A stretch of 62,522 bases of DNA, the filler included, from an uncultured archaeon (lineage in GTDB: Archaea > Iainarchaeota > Iainarchaeia > Iainarchaeales > 1-14-0-10-31-34), in assembly GCA_964442255.1 (NCBI GenBank). It is 3 parts of 3 records of this genome, joined end to end, with 100 filler letters (N's around TTAATTAATTAA, not from the genome) between each part and the next. Parts side by side here need not be neighbours in the genome. Positions count along the whole stretch, not along the records: positions 1 to 22,939 come from CAYTYC010000023.1; 2 more parts are not named here. One strand, given 5' to 3'. Each line of letters begins with the position of its first letter. Positions within the stretch are counted from its first letter, which is position 1. Shown here piece after piece: positions 9,501-19,955 of this stretch. Both the position numbers and the translations under genes were made by a program. The notes below the pieces were generated by a model that did no database searches, had not been told where the DNA came from, and was given only the letters and a program-made list of their open reading frames with translations.

Positions 9501-10344
9501 ACTCCGTGAATTCGTATTCGGTTTGGGGAATCCTTAAGTCCACGGATGAGTGCCCTGTTTTTTGCAGGCTTTGCCGGTAATTTAATGCCCTGACAAGCTT
9601 GTAAGGGCTGTAGCCAAGCTTTTTGCTGACTTGCATGAAATCATTCAGCCTGTACCGCCCCCTGTAAACTCCGTGGTAAAATGACTTGTTTTTAAGTTGG
9701 GAGTTTATTTCTTTCCTGATTTTTTCCAGCCCGTAGGCAAGTATTCGCCTCTTGATTTCCAATGAATCCCTTTCATTCAACCTGAGAAAAAAACCGGGGT
9801 CTTTTGCAAGGCTTTCCAGCAAACATGTCTGCAGCCCAGCCAGCGTTAGGGAGTCGGTTTTAACAAATTTTGGGGCCAGGACAAAGTCGTTTAATTCGAT
9901 TTCTTTTGCCTGTTTTTCAAAAACTTTTCCATTTTCATCCAGGCACAGGAATTTGTGTTCCGGGGTTGTTTTTATTTTAAAGCCGTTTGAAAAAGTGAGT
10001 TTAACGAGTTTTTTGTTTGCTTTAAGTTTCCATACATGCGTGATTTTTTTCGAAACAAGCTCTTTTTTTTCTTTGTCAAAACTTACGGCCATTTCGCCCA
10101 GCCCTGACACATCAAACACTTCTTCCCATTTGTTTTCCCGCACCTTTTTTCCTTTTCCCGGCAGCTTGAACAGGCTCCCGGCGGTTTTAATCCTTCCATC
10201 CGAAAGCAGGATGTTTGTATTTCCGCTGACGCATTTTCCGTGGTCTATGTGCGCGACTATTCCGATGTTTCTGATGGTTTCCCTTCTGTTCATCAATTTT
10301 TCCGCTTTCTTGACAACGTCTTCTTTTTTCGCCAAAGCCATCAC
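6499..10344 (-). CDS. fusA: Elongation factor 2 (aEF2), intein-containing precursor
   Basis: IRNIGIVAHIDHGK|...|TTLTDNL, RGITI, DTPGH, NKVD, GMGELHL, diphthamide loop LHEDAIHRGPAQ; spliced length about 734 aa; start GTG 10344 or ATG 10341. Confidence 0.97.
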   Translation of the reverse strand: MMALAKKEDVVKKAEKLMNRRETIRNIGIVAHIDHGKCVSGNTNILLSDGRIKTAGSLFKLPGKGKKVRENKWEEVFDVSGLGEMAVSFDKEKKELVSKKITHVWKLKANKKLVKLTFSNGFKIKTTPEHKFLCLDENGKVFEKQAKEIELNDFVLAPKFVKTDSLTLAGLQTCLLESLAKDPGFFLRLNERDSLEIKRRILAYGLEKIRKEINSQLKNKSFYHGVYRGRYRLNDFMQVSKKLGYSPYKLVRALNYRQSLQKTGHSSVDLRIPQTEYEFTEFMYLLGLIWGDGGKCGKDIRITNEDRQIINGIKKITKGSFGVTAVERKYGSKATRVDLKAGLTLLKILEHGFEFPMQKKSANITVPALVQKAPNQLLKAFIQGYFDADGTVESSRRAISLNSRSKKILSQLYLCLLRFGCSATFNEKKNTLYISGQNLKTFAEEVGFRLDRKQAKALNFAGVSQTNRNTDALPLSGTLLKTVRKELGIPLKAFKKTQEIIELGKQTVYCLNFKEFISTVYSSIGNPEIKNRETWEKIQEIEKTLFDCSTVFVVKKESEKEEFVYDFSVEGTHNFIGNGIIIHNTTLTDNLIAAAGMISKDLAGKQLFMDFYELEQQRGITINSANVSLVHEYKGKEHLINVIDTPGHIDFGGEVIRAMRAVDGVVIVVDAVEGVMPQTETVIRQALKENVKPTLFINKVDRLVNELKVSPEKMQERFVKVIAAVNTLIKANSPEQFKGKWGVKVDDGSVVFGSAYHNWAISAPHMKETGISFKDVYDYCQKEDQKTLAQKSPLHEALLEMVVNHLPNPIEAQKYRTPVIWKGEPESAEGKGMLSCDPKGELAMMVIDVSVDPHAGDIATGRIYSGTVKRGVNVKLIGGQKEINISQVGVYMGPDRVPVEEIPAGNIAALVGLKEVWAGETIGTRQELHEFETFMSSAEPVMTVSVEARQTKDLPKLIEVIRQITKEDPNIRAEINQETGEHLLSGMGELHLEVTQHRIEHDHKIPVTVSPPIVVYHETATKPSQTIEAKTPNKHNKFKMRIEPIEPEILEKLKESKLQGKLKLKNKETIAKLVDCGIDNDEAKKTWAVNNTCTLVNATRGIEALFEIRELIIQAFMDATNEGPLAKERVTGVKVVLEDATLHEDAIHRGPAQVLPAITRGIYACVLFGNPIILEPKQILTINVPQDYMGGVSKELGSRRTQINEMRQEGELTIIISKAPVKELIGFSSAIRGATQGRAIWTAEYSGYEPLPRELQDKVVREVRTRKGMDPAPKKGEYFLD
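8593..10233 (-). mobile_element. Intein (547 aa) with LAGLIDADG homing endonuclease in the EF-2 P-loop
   Basis: Starts Cys (CVSGNTNILLSDG), block B TTPEHKF, LLGLIWGDG and FIQGYFDADG, block F/G VYDFSVEGTHNFIGNGIIIHN, followed by Thr +1. Confidence 0.96.
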
Positions 10345-10952
10345 CTTGAGCTCATCGCAATCCTTTCAACTTCGTCCCTTCTTTTAACCGAAAACGAGCT
10401 GTTGTCCCCTTTCGCCGCCAACACCAGCTCTTTTGCCAGCGCCTCCGCGGCAGGGGTTTTTTTCCTGTACGACCCTGCAAAGCCCGCGAGCGCAATGTTT
10501 TTGAGCGCTTCGTCCATTCTCCTCATCGGCGCGACATCCACCGCCTGCGTGTAGGATATTCCGCCCCTTTTAATGCGTGTTGTGTCCTCCCTTGGGGCGG
10601 CGTTTGAAATCGCGTCCGCCAAAACCTGCAAAGGGTTCTGTTTTGTTTCCTTTTCCACCCAGTCAAACGCCTCTTCAATGATTTTCATTGCCTGCAATTT
10701 TTTTCCGCAGCTTCCCCTTCCGCGCATGTATTTTCCGCTCATTTTCCTTTTTCCCTGCCCCGAGCGCATCACCTTGTTGACAAGCCTTTCAACCGCATTC
10801 ATTGAGCCCTTGTCAAACCGTTTCCTGGTTTTTTTTCCGAATGAGTGCGGGATTTTTTTGTCCTCAAAGTTCATGTAATTCGCCAAACCCGGGTCCTTTA
10901 CCTGAACCTCTTCCGAACTCCATTTCCCGAACACCCGGGTTTTTTTCTCCAC
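10341..10952 (-). CDS. rpsG: 30S ribosomal protein S7 (uS7)
   Basis: VERLVNKVM...NPLQVLADAISNAAPRED...QAVDVAPMRR; str operon position. Confidence 0.97.
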   Translation of the reverse strand: MEKKTRVFGKWSSEEVQVKDPGLANYMNFEDKKIPHSFGKKTRKRFDKGSMNAVERLVNKVMRSGQGKRKMSGKYMRGRGSCGKKLQAMKIIEEAFDWVEKETKQNPLQVLADAISNAAPREDTTRIKRGGISYTQAVDVAPMRRMDEALKNIALAGFAGSYRKKTPAAEALAKELVLAAKGDNSSFSVKRRDEVERIAMSSR

Positions 10953-10956
10953 TTGA

Positions 10957-11382
10957 TTACCTCTTCATTTTCTCCTTTTTGCCTGTCCTAAGCATTTCCA
11001 GCGACTGGTTGTTCACTTTAACGACTTTGTATTTCACTCCCCACAAATCCCCTTTCGCTCCGTGCTTCCTTCCCCCCAGCCCTTCAACCAAAACTTCATC
11101 GTGCTCGTCAATGTGCTTTATTGCCCCGTCGTATGGCGCAAGCGCGGTGAGCTGTTTTCCGTTTTTAATGAGCTGAACCCTGACGCATTTCCTTATCCCG
11201 GAATTCGGCTGTCGTGCTGTCACGCCGCGCTTTTCAATCACTATTCCGCGGGCTTGCGGGCTTCCTTCCAGAAGGTCTTTTTTTTTCTTTTCTTTTTTGG
11301 TTTTCCTGTGCTTGGGCTTCTTTTTTTTCCATTTTTTCCGGCTTTTTTCAAGCCCCTGCGCTGCAAACTCCCCTTTCGCCAT
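10957..11382 (-). CDS. rpsL: 30S ribosomal protein S12 (uS12)
   Basis: [10 protein letters not shown]...[19 protein letters not shown]. Confidence 0.97.
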   Translation of the reverse strand: MAKGEFAAQGLEKSRKKWKKKKPKHRKTKKEKKKKDLLEGSPQARGIVIEKRGVTARQPNSGIRKCVRVQLIKNGKQLTALAPYDGAIKHIDEHDEVLVEGLGGRKHGAKGDLWGVKYKVVKVNNQSLEMLRTGKKEKMKR

Positions 11383-11403
11383 ATTTTTACCCCGTAAAAT
11401 TCC

Positions 11404-11805
11404 TTACCTCATCCTTACCTCTTTTATTCCGTAATCCCGTTCCAGGAATTCTTTCGCCCTTTTGAATGAGGCGTTGTGCTCCAATAATTTTCTTCTGTTC
11501 ATTGAATCGCATTTAATCGTCATTTTTTTGTCTTCCTTTTTAATTTCTTCGAATGAGACATCCTTTAAACTTTTTCTGATAAAGCCCTCCGGCTTTTCGC
11601 TGTAAGGCAGTATTTCCACCCTTTTTTTCATTCTTTTTCCCAAATGCTTTATGTGTTTCCCGTTTTTTCCTATTGCGGCGCCCATTTTGCTTTCCTTTAC
11701 GAGAAAGGAAACCACGTCTTCTTTAACCAGGCAGTCCCTTGCGGTAACGCCTGAAACGGTTTCCAGTGCGCTGATTAGCAGAAGTTCTTCTTTTGCCAGC
11801 TTCAT
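11404..11805 (-). CDS. nusA: Archaeal NusA (KH-domain transcription factor)
   Basis: KH motif MGAAIGKNGKHIK; conserved position between L30e and S12. Confidence 0.92.
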   Translation of the reverse strand: MKLAKEELLLISALETVSGVTARDCLVKEDVVSFLVKESKMGAAIGKNGKHIKHLGKRMKKRVEILPYSEKPEGFIRKSLKDVSFEEIKKEDKKMTIKCDSMNRRKLLEHNASFKRAKEFLERDYGIKEVRMR

Positions 11806-12116
11806 TTCTTTCCCTGTTTTGCCCCTGTTCCGAGAATCTTTGACTTTCCTTCATTCAAAACCAGCATCACGGAAACAGGAAAAGGCTTTCCGCAAACCGA
11901 ACCAAGTTCCAAAGAAGTGCCCCCAAATTTTTTCAGGGGAATTCCAATCGCGTTTGCGGTGTGCGAGATTCTTTCCTGAACCGCTTTCTGCGTGTTTTCG
12001 CTTAAAATTATTAGCTTCCCGTTTCCTTTTAAAATATTGTTTTCGCTTTTTTTGGTTCCGAAAACCACTTTCCCCGTGTCAACCGCCCTGCGGATTTCTT
12101 TTCTTTCGTCAGCCAT
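11802..12116 (-). CDS. rpl30e: 50S ribosomal protein L30e (eL30)
   Basis: AVDTGKVVFG...GTSLELGSVCGKPFPVS. Confidence 0.96.
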   Translation of the reverse strand: MADERKEIRRAVDTGKVVFGTKKSENNILKGNGKLIILSENTQKAVQERISHTANAIGIPLKKFGGTSLELGSVCGKPFPVSVMLVLNEGKSKILGTGAKQGKK

Positions 12117-12140
12117 CTTTTTTTTTCACCGTTTTTTTTT

Positions 12141-13397
12141 TTACTTTGACCTCACCACCAAATTCACGGTCCCTGTGCCCACCTTGACGGGCTGCCCGAC
12201 AATAATGTTTTCCACAACCCCCTCCAATTCTTCCTTTTCGCCTTTGAAGGAGGCGTCAAGCAAATGCTTCACCGTTTCCTCGAATGCCGCCCTGGCAAGC
12301 GGGGAGGTTTTCTGTCTTGTGATTCCTGTTCTCACAATTCCGCGCACGTCTCCCTCAAAGCACATTAAGTCAGCCAAAAGCATGATGTGCCTTAAGTCCA
12401 CGCGAATTCCGTTGTCCACCAAAACCTGGTTTAACTCGCGCACTATCGCGTTCCTCCCTGCCTCAATCCCCAAAACCTTTGAAATCTCTTTTATGTCGTT
12501 TGTGGTTGTCCGGTCGGCGTCCGCTTCCTTCATTTTAAGGATGCTTTTGAGGTTCGTGCCCCTTGTTTTTATGTAAAATTCGCCGTTTTCTTCGAACACA
12601 ATTGTTTTCTCTATTCCCCTCACTCCCTGAATCCTTGTGGTGTTCAGCTTGTTCAAATTTTTCCTGATTTTCAGGAGCTGTTCCCTTGGAAAGCGGAAGT
12701 AAACGCTTTTCGTCCTCACCTTTCCTTTTGTTTTAAGGTGCCTGTTTATTTTGAGTATGAGCTCTTTCCTGTCAATGTTTCTTTCTTCTATTGCGTCCTG
12801 GTTTAAATGGATTATTGCCTCTTTTTTTGGGAGGTTTTCTTCCACTCTTATCACGTCCCCTATTCTCACGTCAATAAGGCTTTTCGCGAATTTTTCTGCC
12901 TTATCCCTTTTTGACCCCATTTCTTTGTCCAGGTAAATAGTCATAATCGGGTATTTTGCCTTGCTTCTTCCGTCCACTATTTCTTCAACCCTTTGGATTC
13001 CCGAACCCACTGAAACTTCCGCTGCCCCTGCATAGTGCTTTGTCCTGAGCGTGAGCTGTGTTCCCGGCTCGCCCAGACTCTGTGCCGCAACGATTCCCAC
13101 AGCCTCCCCTGACTCAACTTTTCCCGCAAGGTAAACCTTTTCAACCGCCTCCACAAGGCTTTTTTTCTGCGCGTCCGAAAACTTTTTTTCCGCACAGGTT
13201 TTCTCAATTTTTTTCATCACATAATGTGAAAGGAATTCGTGCAGCGGCTTTTCTTCCGAAAGCCTTGCCGGTGCCCCGGCTTCAGGCTTTTTTTCCGTTG
13301 TCTCCGTTTTTCTTGTGGAGCCCTTTTTTTCCTTTGACTTTCCTTTTGCCCCCGGGTTTCCGGTTTTTTTTTCTTTCCCTGCTTTTTTTGCGGTCAT
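12141..13397 (-). CDS. rpoA2: RNA polymerase subunit A'' (Rpo1C) with Lys-rich N-terminal extension
   Basis: [51 protein letters not shown]. Confidence 0.96.
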   Translation of the reverse strand: MTAKKAGKEKKTGNPGAKGKSKEKKGSTRKTETTEKKPEAGAPARLSEEKPLHEFLSHYVMKKIEKTCAEKKFSDAQKKSLVEAVEKVYLAGKVESGEAVGIVAAQSLGEPGTQLTLRTKHYAGAAEVSVGSGIQRVEEIVDGRSKAKYPIMTIYLDKEMGSKRDKAEKFAKSLIDVRIGDVIRVEENLPKKEAIIHLNQDAIEERNIDRKELILKINRHLKTKGKVRTKSVYFRFPREQLLKIRKNLNKLNTTRIQGVRGIEKTIVFEENGEFYIKTRGTNLKSILKMKEADADRTTTNDIKEISKVLGIEAGRNAIVRELNQVLVDNGIRVDLRHIMLLADLMCFEGDVRGIVRTGITRQKTSPLARAAFEETVKHLLDASFKGEKEELEGVVENIIVGQPVKVGTGTVNLVVRSK

Positions 13398-16003
13398 TTT
13401 TTCACCAGCTTTTCCGCTTCCCTTTCAACATTAACGCTTTTTCCTTTTGAAGTGTACATCGGGAATACGCCGTCCTCGCCGTAAAGGTATTGGATTATGT
13501 TTTTGTTTGCGGTCCTCGCGGTTCCGTCGTTTTGCACAGTCAGGTCTTTGAGTGAATTTGCCAGCCTCCTGTACAGGTATCCGCTGACCTTTGTGGCGAC
13601 GCTTGTGTCAACTTCCCCCTGCCTTCCGCCCATCGCGTGGTAAAAGTATTCTTTTGCGCCCATTCCGGTTGTGAAGTTTTCCTGGATGAACCCGCCTGCA
13701 ACCGCCCCCACATCGTCTTTTTTGTTTAATGTGATAAGCCTGTCGTCAAATCCCCTTTTCGGCCGTCCTTCCCTTACTGAAGCCTGTCCCCAGAACCCCT
13801 GTATGTTCGTTAAATTGACCGCAGAACCGCGTGAACCAGAGGCAATCATCACCGTTGAATTGTATTGCGGGCTTTCCCCGAGGAGGGCCTCCAGTTTTTC
13901 CTTGAGTATCTGGTTTTCCAGTTCCTGTTTTGTTTCCGCGCCCAGCATCATCATCTTAACCTCGAATGATTCCTCCAGCGTTCTTCCCGGAATGTGCTCC
14001 AAAGTTCCGCGCCTGTACTTTGCCACAAGTTTTTCCCCTTCGCTGAGCTCTTTTTCAATTGCCTTTGTTTTCACCCTTTCAATGCTGTCGGTTGTCTCAA
14101 ATTCATCCAATCCAACAGTCATGCCTTTTTTTGTCACCAAGTCCTCCACTATCCTGTTGATGTAATGGTAGAACCTTTCCACTGTTTTTGGGCCGTAGTC
14201 CTTTGCAAGCGCTTCAATAAGCTTTCCTTTCCCTTCCCCCAGCGCTTCCTCGTCGATTATCCCTGAAACCAGTTTCCCTTTTTCAATCTTCAAATAAGCG
14301 TCTTGGTCGCATTTTTCTTTTTTGCAGTCCCTGCATTTCTTTATTTTGTTCAGTAGCCTGCAGGTGTTGGTTTTGAATTCCATGTTCAAGTCCCTGGGAA
14401 GCAGTGCGGAAAAGATTTGTTTGCCTGAATGCCTTTTTCCTTGATCCGGTTTCGGCAGCCCGGTTTTTCCCATTTCATAGAAGTATTTCATTGCCTCTTC
14501 TTTGCTGAAGGAAGTGCTTTTCATTGAAAGAATGTATGCCCCGCTTACCCCGTCTTCGTCCAGTATGATTACCGGAGCGCCGTACCTCGGGGAAATTATC
14601 TGATTTTCCACAAGCATCAGTTCCCGTGCTTCTGCCTTTCCTTCCTCTGTCTGCGGCACATGAATGTTCATTTCGTCCCCGTCAAAATCTGCATTGTAGG
14701 GCCTGCACACAATTGGGTTAATCCTTAGGGCGCGGTCAGGCATTATTCTTGCGGTGTGCGCCATCATGCTTAGCCTGTGCAAAGAGGGCTGGCGGTTAAA
14801 CAATACTATGTCCCCGTCCTGCAGTTTCCTTTCAATCTTAAACCCGACATCCAGCTCTTCCAGGATTTCTTTTTTGTTGTCTTCGGTTATTTTTTTCCTC
14901 ATTCCGTTTGGCCTTACGATGTAGCCTATTTTTCCGCCGTCCTTAATCAGTTTTTCAACGTCTTTCTTGTTCCAGTCCATCACAACCTCCGGCAAAGTGA
15001 GGTTATCCGCGATTTCCTTTGGAATTCCGACTTCGTTTATTGAAAGGTAGGGGTCTGGAACAACAGTTGACCGCGCCGCAAAATTAACCCTTTTTCCGGT
15101 TAAATTGTACCTGAACCTTCCCTTTTTTCCTTTCAGCCTTTGGACAAGCGTTCTCAATGCTCTTCCGCTCCTGTGCTTTGCCGGCGGCACTCCCGCGGTG
15201 TTATTGTCATAGAATGTTGTCACATGGTACTGCAGCAAGTCCCACAAATCCTCCACAATCAGCTGCGGTGCGCCTGCCTCAATGTTGTCCTTCAGCCTCG
15301 CGTTAATTCTGATGATGTCCACAAGCTTGTGCGTCAGGTCGTCCTCCGACTTTATTCCGGTGTCCAGGGTAATGGAGGGCCTGATTGTTACAGGCGGAAC
15401 AAGAAGCACGGTGAGCACAAACCATTCTGGCTTTATTCTTTCCGGGTCGTAGCCGAACAACACCAGGTCCTGGTCAGGGATTTTTTCCAGCCATTCCCTT
15501 ACCTGCGTGGGGTAGAGCCTTTCTTTTCCGTAGAAAAAGTTTGTGGGCTTGTCAAGCAGCACTTCTTTTCTTTCCTCGCTGCAGTGCGGGCATTTCTTGG
15601 TTTTCTTTGTTTTGAGAAGGATTCTTTTCACTATCGCGTCAGGCTTTCCAAGCAATGCATTAAATGGCTTCAGCTTTTCGTCCGGCAGCGCGATTCTTCC
15701 GCATTTTTGGCAGGTTGCATGCAGTAATTCTTCAATTTTTCTGCCGAATTCCGAGTGAATCACAGGTCTTACCAATTCAATGCTTCCGAAGTGCCCGGGG
15801 CAGTACTTCATTTTTTGCCCGCATGTTTTGCACCTCAGCCCCGGGTTTATTACGCCCAGATGCGGGTCCATGAGGCTTCCTTCCATGGGATAGCCGTCTT
15901 TGTCATAGGTGTCCGAGGTTTTAACCTCCATTGCGCTGAGTTTCCTGACCTGCTCCGGGCTGAAAACCCCGAACTCAATTGCCTTGATTTTCTTCAACAG
16001 CAT
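13394..16003 (-). CDS. rpoA1: RNA polymerase subunit A' (Rpo1N)
   Basis: Catalytic [32 protein letters not shown]. Confidence 0.99.
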   Translation of the reverse strand: MLLKKIKAIEFGVFSPEQVRKLSAMEVKTSDTYDKDGYPMEGSLMDPHLGVINPGLRCKTCGQKMKYCPGHFGSIELVRPVIHSEFGRKIEELLHATCQKCGRIALPDEKLKPFNALLGKPDAIVKRILLKTKKTKKCPHCSEERKEVLLDKPTNFFYGKERLYPTQVREWLEKIPDQDLVLFGYDPERIKPEWFVLTVLLVPPVTIRPSITLDTGIKSEDDLTHKLVDIIRINARLKDNIEAGAPQLIVEDLWDLLQYHVTTFYDNNTAGVPPAKHRSGRALRTLVQRLKGKKGRFRYNLTGKRVNFAARSTVVPDPYLSINEVGIPKEIADNLTLPEVVMDWNKKDVEKLIKDGGKIGYIVRPNGMRKKITEDNKKEILEELDVGFKIERKLQDGDIVLFNRQPSLHRLSMMAHTARIMPDRALRINPIVCRPYNADFDGDEMNIHVPQTEEGKAEARELMLVENQIISPRYGAPVIILDEDGVSGAYILSMKSTSFSKEEAMKYFYEMGKTGLPKPDQGKRHSGKQIFSALLPRDLNMEFKTNTCRLLNKIKKCRDCKKEKCDQDAYLKIEKGKLVSGIIDEEALGEGKGKLIEALAKDYGPKTVERFYHYINRIVEDLVTKKGMTVGLDEFETTDSIERVKTKAIEKELSEGEKLVAKYRRGTLEHIPGRTLEESFEVKMMMLGAETKQELENQILKEKLEALLGESPQYNSTVMIASGSRGSAVNLTNIQGFWGQASVREGRPKRGFDDRLITLNKKDDVGAVAGGFIQENFTTGMGAKEYFYHAMGGRQGEVDTSVATKVSGYLYRRLANSLKDLTVQNDGTARTANKNIIQYLYGEDGVFPMYTSKGKSVNVEREAEKLVKK

Positions 16004-16060
16004 TTGATTACCTTTTGCTCCTTTCCTGTTTTTTGCCCTTTTTTTTATTCCTTCCAGCCA

Positions 16061-17905
16061 TTATTCCACCTTGTCCCCAAGCATTACTTTCGGGTAGATT
16101 CCAAGCGACTTCATTTCCTCCAGCAGCAGCTTGAACCCGTAGCTCATTTCCACGGGGTAAACGTTTGAGCCGCTGCACAAAGGGCAAAACTTTTTGTTCC
16201 TGATTTGGTCGTTTACCGCAATCAACCCGCATTTTTCGCACACAAGCTCTATTACCTTGTCCGAGTCTTCAATGAATTTTTCCTGCAAAAGCATTGCAGC
16301 GCCGTGTCCCACCAGGGTTTCCCCTTCCATTTCCCCAAACCTTAAACCGCCTTCCTTTTCTTTTCCTTCGGTTGGCTGTCTGGTGAGGATTTGCACCGGC
16401 CCCCTGCTTCTTGCCTGCATTTTGTGGGCAACCATGTGGAACAGTCTCCTGTATGAAACAACTCCCGTAAAAATTTCTCCCTCAATTTTTTTTCCGGTCG
16501 TGCCGTCGTAAAAAATTTCTTTTCCGTCCCCCCTGAATCCGCGTTCCTTCAAAATTTTTCTTAACTCTTTTTGGCTCACGGAATTAAACGGCGTTCCGTC
16601 TATTTCCCCGCATTTTTCGCTTGACGCCTTTCCCGCAAGCATTTCAATGAGGTGGCCGATTGTCATTCTTGAAGGAATTGAATGCGGATTTAATATGAGG
16701 TCTGGCTTCATTCCGTTTGCCGTAAAAGGCAGGTCTTCCTCCGCAACAATCGCCCCCACAACCCCTTTCTGCCCGTGCCTTGAGCTGAACTTGTCCCCTA
16801 TTTCGGGAATCATTTCGCTCCTTATTTTGATTTTGCTTAAAATGTTTCCTTCCCCGTCCTCGGTTAAAATCACCCTGTCCACGAAACCTGGCTTGCCTTT
16901 TCTTGCGGTTGTGCTGCTTTCACGCCTTTTTTCCTGAACTATGCCGAATTCGCTTACTTCCTCCAAAAACCTTGGGGGCGAGGTTTTCCCCATGATTACG
17001 TCTTTTTCTGTCGCAAATTGTTCCACTTCAGCCAACCCGTCTGCCCCGAGCTTTTTGTATGCTTCTTCCCCCAGATATCCCACTGTTTCCTCGTCCGGGA
17101 CCTCAAACTTGTCGGCCTGTCCCCCCGGGTAGCGGTTTTCCGCTGACTCATAGCTGCGGAAATAAGATGTCCTGCTTAATCCCCTGTCAACCGCGCCCTT
17201 GTTCAATACAACCGCGTCCAAAATGTTGAATCCGTAGTATGGAAGAATCGCGACCACAAAGTTTTGGGACTGCGGCCGTTTATCCAAGTCAATGATGTCC
17301 ATTGTCTTTGTTTTCACAATTGATTTTTGGGGGTAGTATAAGAGATAGCTTTCCGTGTCGGTGCGCAAATTCAGGTTGATTCCGCTTATTCCAAGCGCCT
17401 GCTTGAACATTTTTGCCCCATGCAAAACCTTTCCCGCCATGTTGTGTTCAAGGTAGGGCACCATTGAAGTCACAACGCTTAACGTTCCAACCGAGTCAAT
17501 TTCAAGGTGCGAGTGCTCTTTTGTGAGCTCGCTTTCCTTGAGCGCAATGAACGCGTTTTCTTCTTCTTCCGCGTCCAGGTATTCTATGATTCCTTCCTTA
17601 ACCAAGTCGTTCCATGAAAGCTTTCCGCCTGAAAGCTGCTTCAAATGCTCGTCCTTGAGCCTTGGCTTTCCGTCTTCCACAACAATCAGCGGCCTCTGCA
17701 CCCTTCCTGCATCTGTATTAATGTACACTTCGTTTGTGTCCTCATGCAATGCGATGTTAACCTGTGGCTCAAGCTTTCCTTTTCTTCTCAGCTGAATGAG
17801 CTCTTTAATCAGTTTTTCCGAGTTTTCGTGGAAACCAATAAGCCTTCCATTGATGTAAACCTTCGCCATTTTTGCTATCCTGGATTTTATTTTTGTTTCC
17901 ACCAT
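16061..17905 (-). CDS. rpoB1: RNA polymerase subunit B' (Rpo2C)
   Basis: GDKFSSRHGQKG, NPHSIPSRMT, GGLRFGEME, C-terminal Zn ribbon. Confidence 0.98.
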   Translation of the reverse strand: MVETKIKSRIAKMAKVYINGRLIGFHENSEKLIKELIQLRRKGKLEPQVNIALHEDTNEVYINTDAGRVQRPLIVVEDGKPRLKDEHLKQLSGGKLSWNDLVKEGIIEYLDAEEEENAFIALKESELTKEHSHLEIDSVGTLSVVTSMVPYLEHNMAGKVLHGAKMFKQALGISGINLNLRTDTESYLLYYPQKSIVKTKTMDIIDLDKRPQSQNFVVAILPYYGFNILDAVVLNKGAVDRGLSRTSYFRSYESAENRYPGGQADKFEVPDEETVGYLGEEAYKKLGADGLAEVEQFATEKDVIMGKTSPPRFLEEVSEFGIVQEKRRESSTTARKGKPGFVDRVILTEDGEGNILSKIKIRSEMIPEIGDKFSSRHGQKGVVGAIVAEEDLPFTANGMKPDLILNPHSIPSRMTIGHLIEMLAGKASSEKCGEIDGTPFNSVSQKELRKILKERGFRGDGKEIFYDGTTGKKIEGEIFTGVVSYRRLFHMVAHKMQARSRGPVQILTRQPTEGKEKEGGLRFGEMEGETLVGHGAAMLLQEKFIEDSDKVIELVCEKCGLIAVNDQIRNKKFCPLCSGSNVYPVEMSYGFKLLLEEMKSLGIYPKVMLGDKVE

Positions 17906-17914
17906 TTTTTTCCC

Positions 17915-19387
17915 CTAAAGTTTTTTCAGTTTCACGCCCATCTTGTTCAGATAGCTTTCCACAGGCCTTTCCCCTGCTTCTGTTGTCACTTCAGCCAAAA
18001 TGGAAAGGTTTTTTACTAACCCGCATTGCGGGCCGTCCGGGGTTTCAATCGGGCCAAGCCTTCCCCAGTGTGTTCCGTGCACGTCCCTTGCCTCGTACAG
18101 TTCGCGGTTTTTGTCCAGCGGGCTTTTCACTTTCCTTAAATCGGTTAACGGGCTCAAGTAGTTGACGCGGTCCATGAATTTGCTTACGCCTGTTGCGCGG
18201 CCAATCCAGTTTCCTGTGCTCATCGCAAACCGTATCCTTTCGCTTACCGCCCCCGGCCTCACAACCGTTGAAATGTTGAGCTTTCTTCTTCGGGTGATAG
18301 TGCGGTCAATCTGGAACTTCAGGTCCTTTATGAAGTATTTGAAGGAGTAACGGAACAAATGCTCCATCAACTTTCCGCTTAACTCAAGCCTCTTGTTTTT
18401 GTAGTGGTCTTTGTCGTCTTCTTCCCTTAACCCGTATGCCAGCTCCATCGCCTTTGTTGCCATCATTGTGAGATAGTAGGCTTTCGCGAGCCTGTCTTTT
18501 TCAGTTTGCCCGATATGCGGCAAAAGGAATGCGTCAATCACTTCCCTTGCCCGCCTTAGCCTGTAGTCTATCACTTGCCCGGGCGCGACAAACTTTCCTA
18601 TCCTGTCCAGCGCTTCTTTTTGGTCCTTTATTTCCGTCTGCTCCAAATTAAGCAAAATGTCGTTCACTATTTCCGGTTCCTCCGGAAACGCGCCCATTAT
18701 TTCCTTGTCTGTTATCAGCCCCAATGCCCTAAGCAACACAGTGAGCTTAAGCCTTCTTGGAGAGGAAGGAAACGTGACATTAAGTATTCCGTCCGGTCCT
18801 CTTGAAATCCTTACCCTTCCCTTGAATGCCCCGCGGGTTGAAATAACTTCAGCTATCGCCTTGTCCTGGGGCTGGTGGCTTACCAATACGCGGTCGGATG
18901 CAAGCACTTCCTGTGTCATCAGCGCCTTTTCGGAGCCGTTTATGATGAAGTATCCCCCGAAATCTTTGGGGTCTTCGCCCATTTCAATCAGTTCTTCTTC
19001 GTTTTTTCCTTCCAGCCAGCACCTGTTTGATTTAAGCATTATCGGCATTTCCCCGATGTAGGCCCTTCTTGCGTCTTGTTCAACTTCCCTTCTCAGCAGT
19101 TTCATGGAAAGGAATATTGGCGCGCTGTATGTCCGGTTTCTCAGCCTTGCTTCCATGGGATGGAATTCCGTGCGCGGGCTTCCGTCGGCTTCAATGATTT
19201 GCGGCCTCTGCACCTCTATTTTGTCTAATTCTATCCGGACTTCCTCTATTTTCGGGCTGATGACCTTGTTTTCATCAATTATTTCCTCAAGCTTTTGGTC
19301 AATGAACTGGTTGAATGAGTCTATTTCCTGTTGGGCAATGTTTTTGTTCCTGAAATACGAGTTAATAAGCCCCCAGCCGTAGTCCAT
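17915..19387 (-). CDS. rpoB2: RNA polymerase subunit B'' (Rpo2N)
   Basis: EARLRNRTYSAP, GGYFIINGSEK, ETPDGPQCGLVKNL. Confidence 0.98.
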   Translation of the reverse strand: MDYGWGLINSYFRNKNIAQQEIDSFNQFIDQKLEEIIDENKVISPKIEEVRIELDKIEVQRPQIIEADGSPRTEFHPMEARLRNRTYSAPIFLSMKLLRREVEQDARRAYIGEMPIMLKSNRCWLEGKNEEELIEMGEDPKDFGGYFIINGSEKALMTQEVLASDRVLVSHQPQDKAIAEVISTRGAFKGRVRISRGPDGILNVTFPSSPRRLKLTVLLRALGLITDKEIMGAFPEEPEIVNDILLNLEQTEIKDQKEALDRIGKFVAPGQVIDYRLRRAREVIDAFLLPHIGQTEKDRLAKAYYLTMMATKAMELAYGLREEDDKDHYKNKRLELSGKLMEHLFRYSFKYFIKDLKFQIDRTITRRRKLNISTVVRPGAVSERIRFAMSTGNWIGRATGVSKFMDRVNYLSPLTDLRKVKSPLDKNRELYEARDVHGTHWGRLGPIETPDGPQCGLVKNLSILAEVTTEAGERPVESYLNKMGVKLKKL

Positions 19388-19624
19388 TCAGTCCACCATC
19401 CTGTAATAAAAAGTTTTTCCCGCGGTCTTGCTTTTCCGGGTTATCCTTATCAGGTCGCCTTTTTTTGCCTCCAGCTCCTGCACGGCTGGGTCGGCTTTTG
19501 AAATCAGCGGAATTTTTTCCGTGCTGGCCCCATATTTGGCGAGAATTTTTTCCGCGTTCTCTTTTGGGACTATTTCATGCAATGGAACCAGAAAATGGCT
19601 GAACAGGTTGCCGGCTTTAGCCAA
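19388..19624 (-). CDS. rpoH: RNA polymerase subunit H (Rpo5)
   Basis: HFLVPLHEI...DPAV...GDLIRITRKSKTAG..YYRMV; TTG start after GGAG. Confidence 0.95.
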   Translation of the reverse strand: MAKAGNLFSHFLVPLHEIVPKENAEKILAKYGASTEKIPLISKADPAVQELEAKKGDLIRITRKSKTAGKTFYYRMVD

Positions 19625-19955
19625 TCAATTTCTCCTCCGGGGAACACATTTTTTTTCCAGGGCACGCGCATTGTTACTCCAAAATTAACGGGAGGCGGCT
19701 GATTTCATTCGTTCCTTGGAAAAAATCGCATACAAGCATCTAAACACACTTGTACATTTAATTATTCTTTAATAGAAAATAATATAAATCTTCTGCAATC
19801 GCCGTTTTTTTTTCCGGAATTTTCCGGAAAAAAGCTGGTTTTTCTTTGTTTCTTCCTTTCCAGCGACAAATTTTGCCTTTTTTTTCTTTTCCAGGGCTTT
19901 ACGCTTTTCCGTTAAGCTAAACGCTTTTAAGTAGTTTCCTTCAACTTTTTTGTGC

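Noticed and set aside
12141..19387. Split RNA polymerase A and B subunits as a novelty
   Set aside because: An established arrangement in many archaea.
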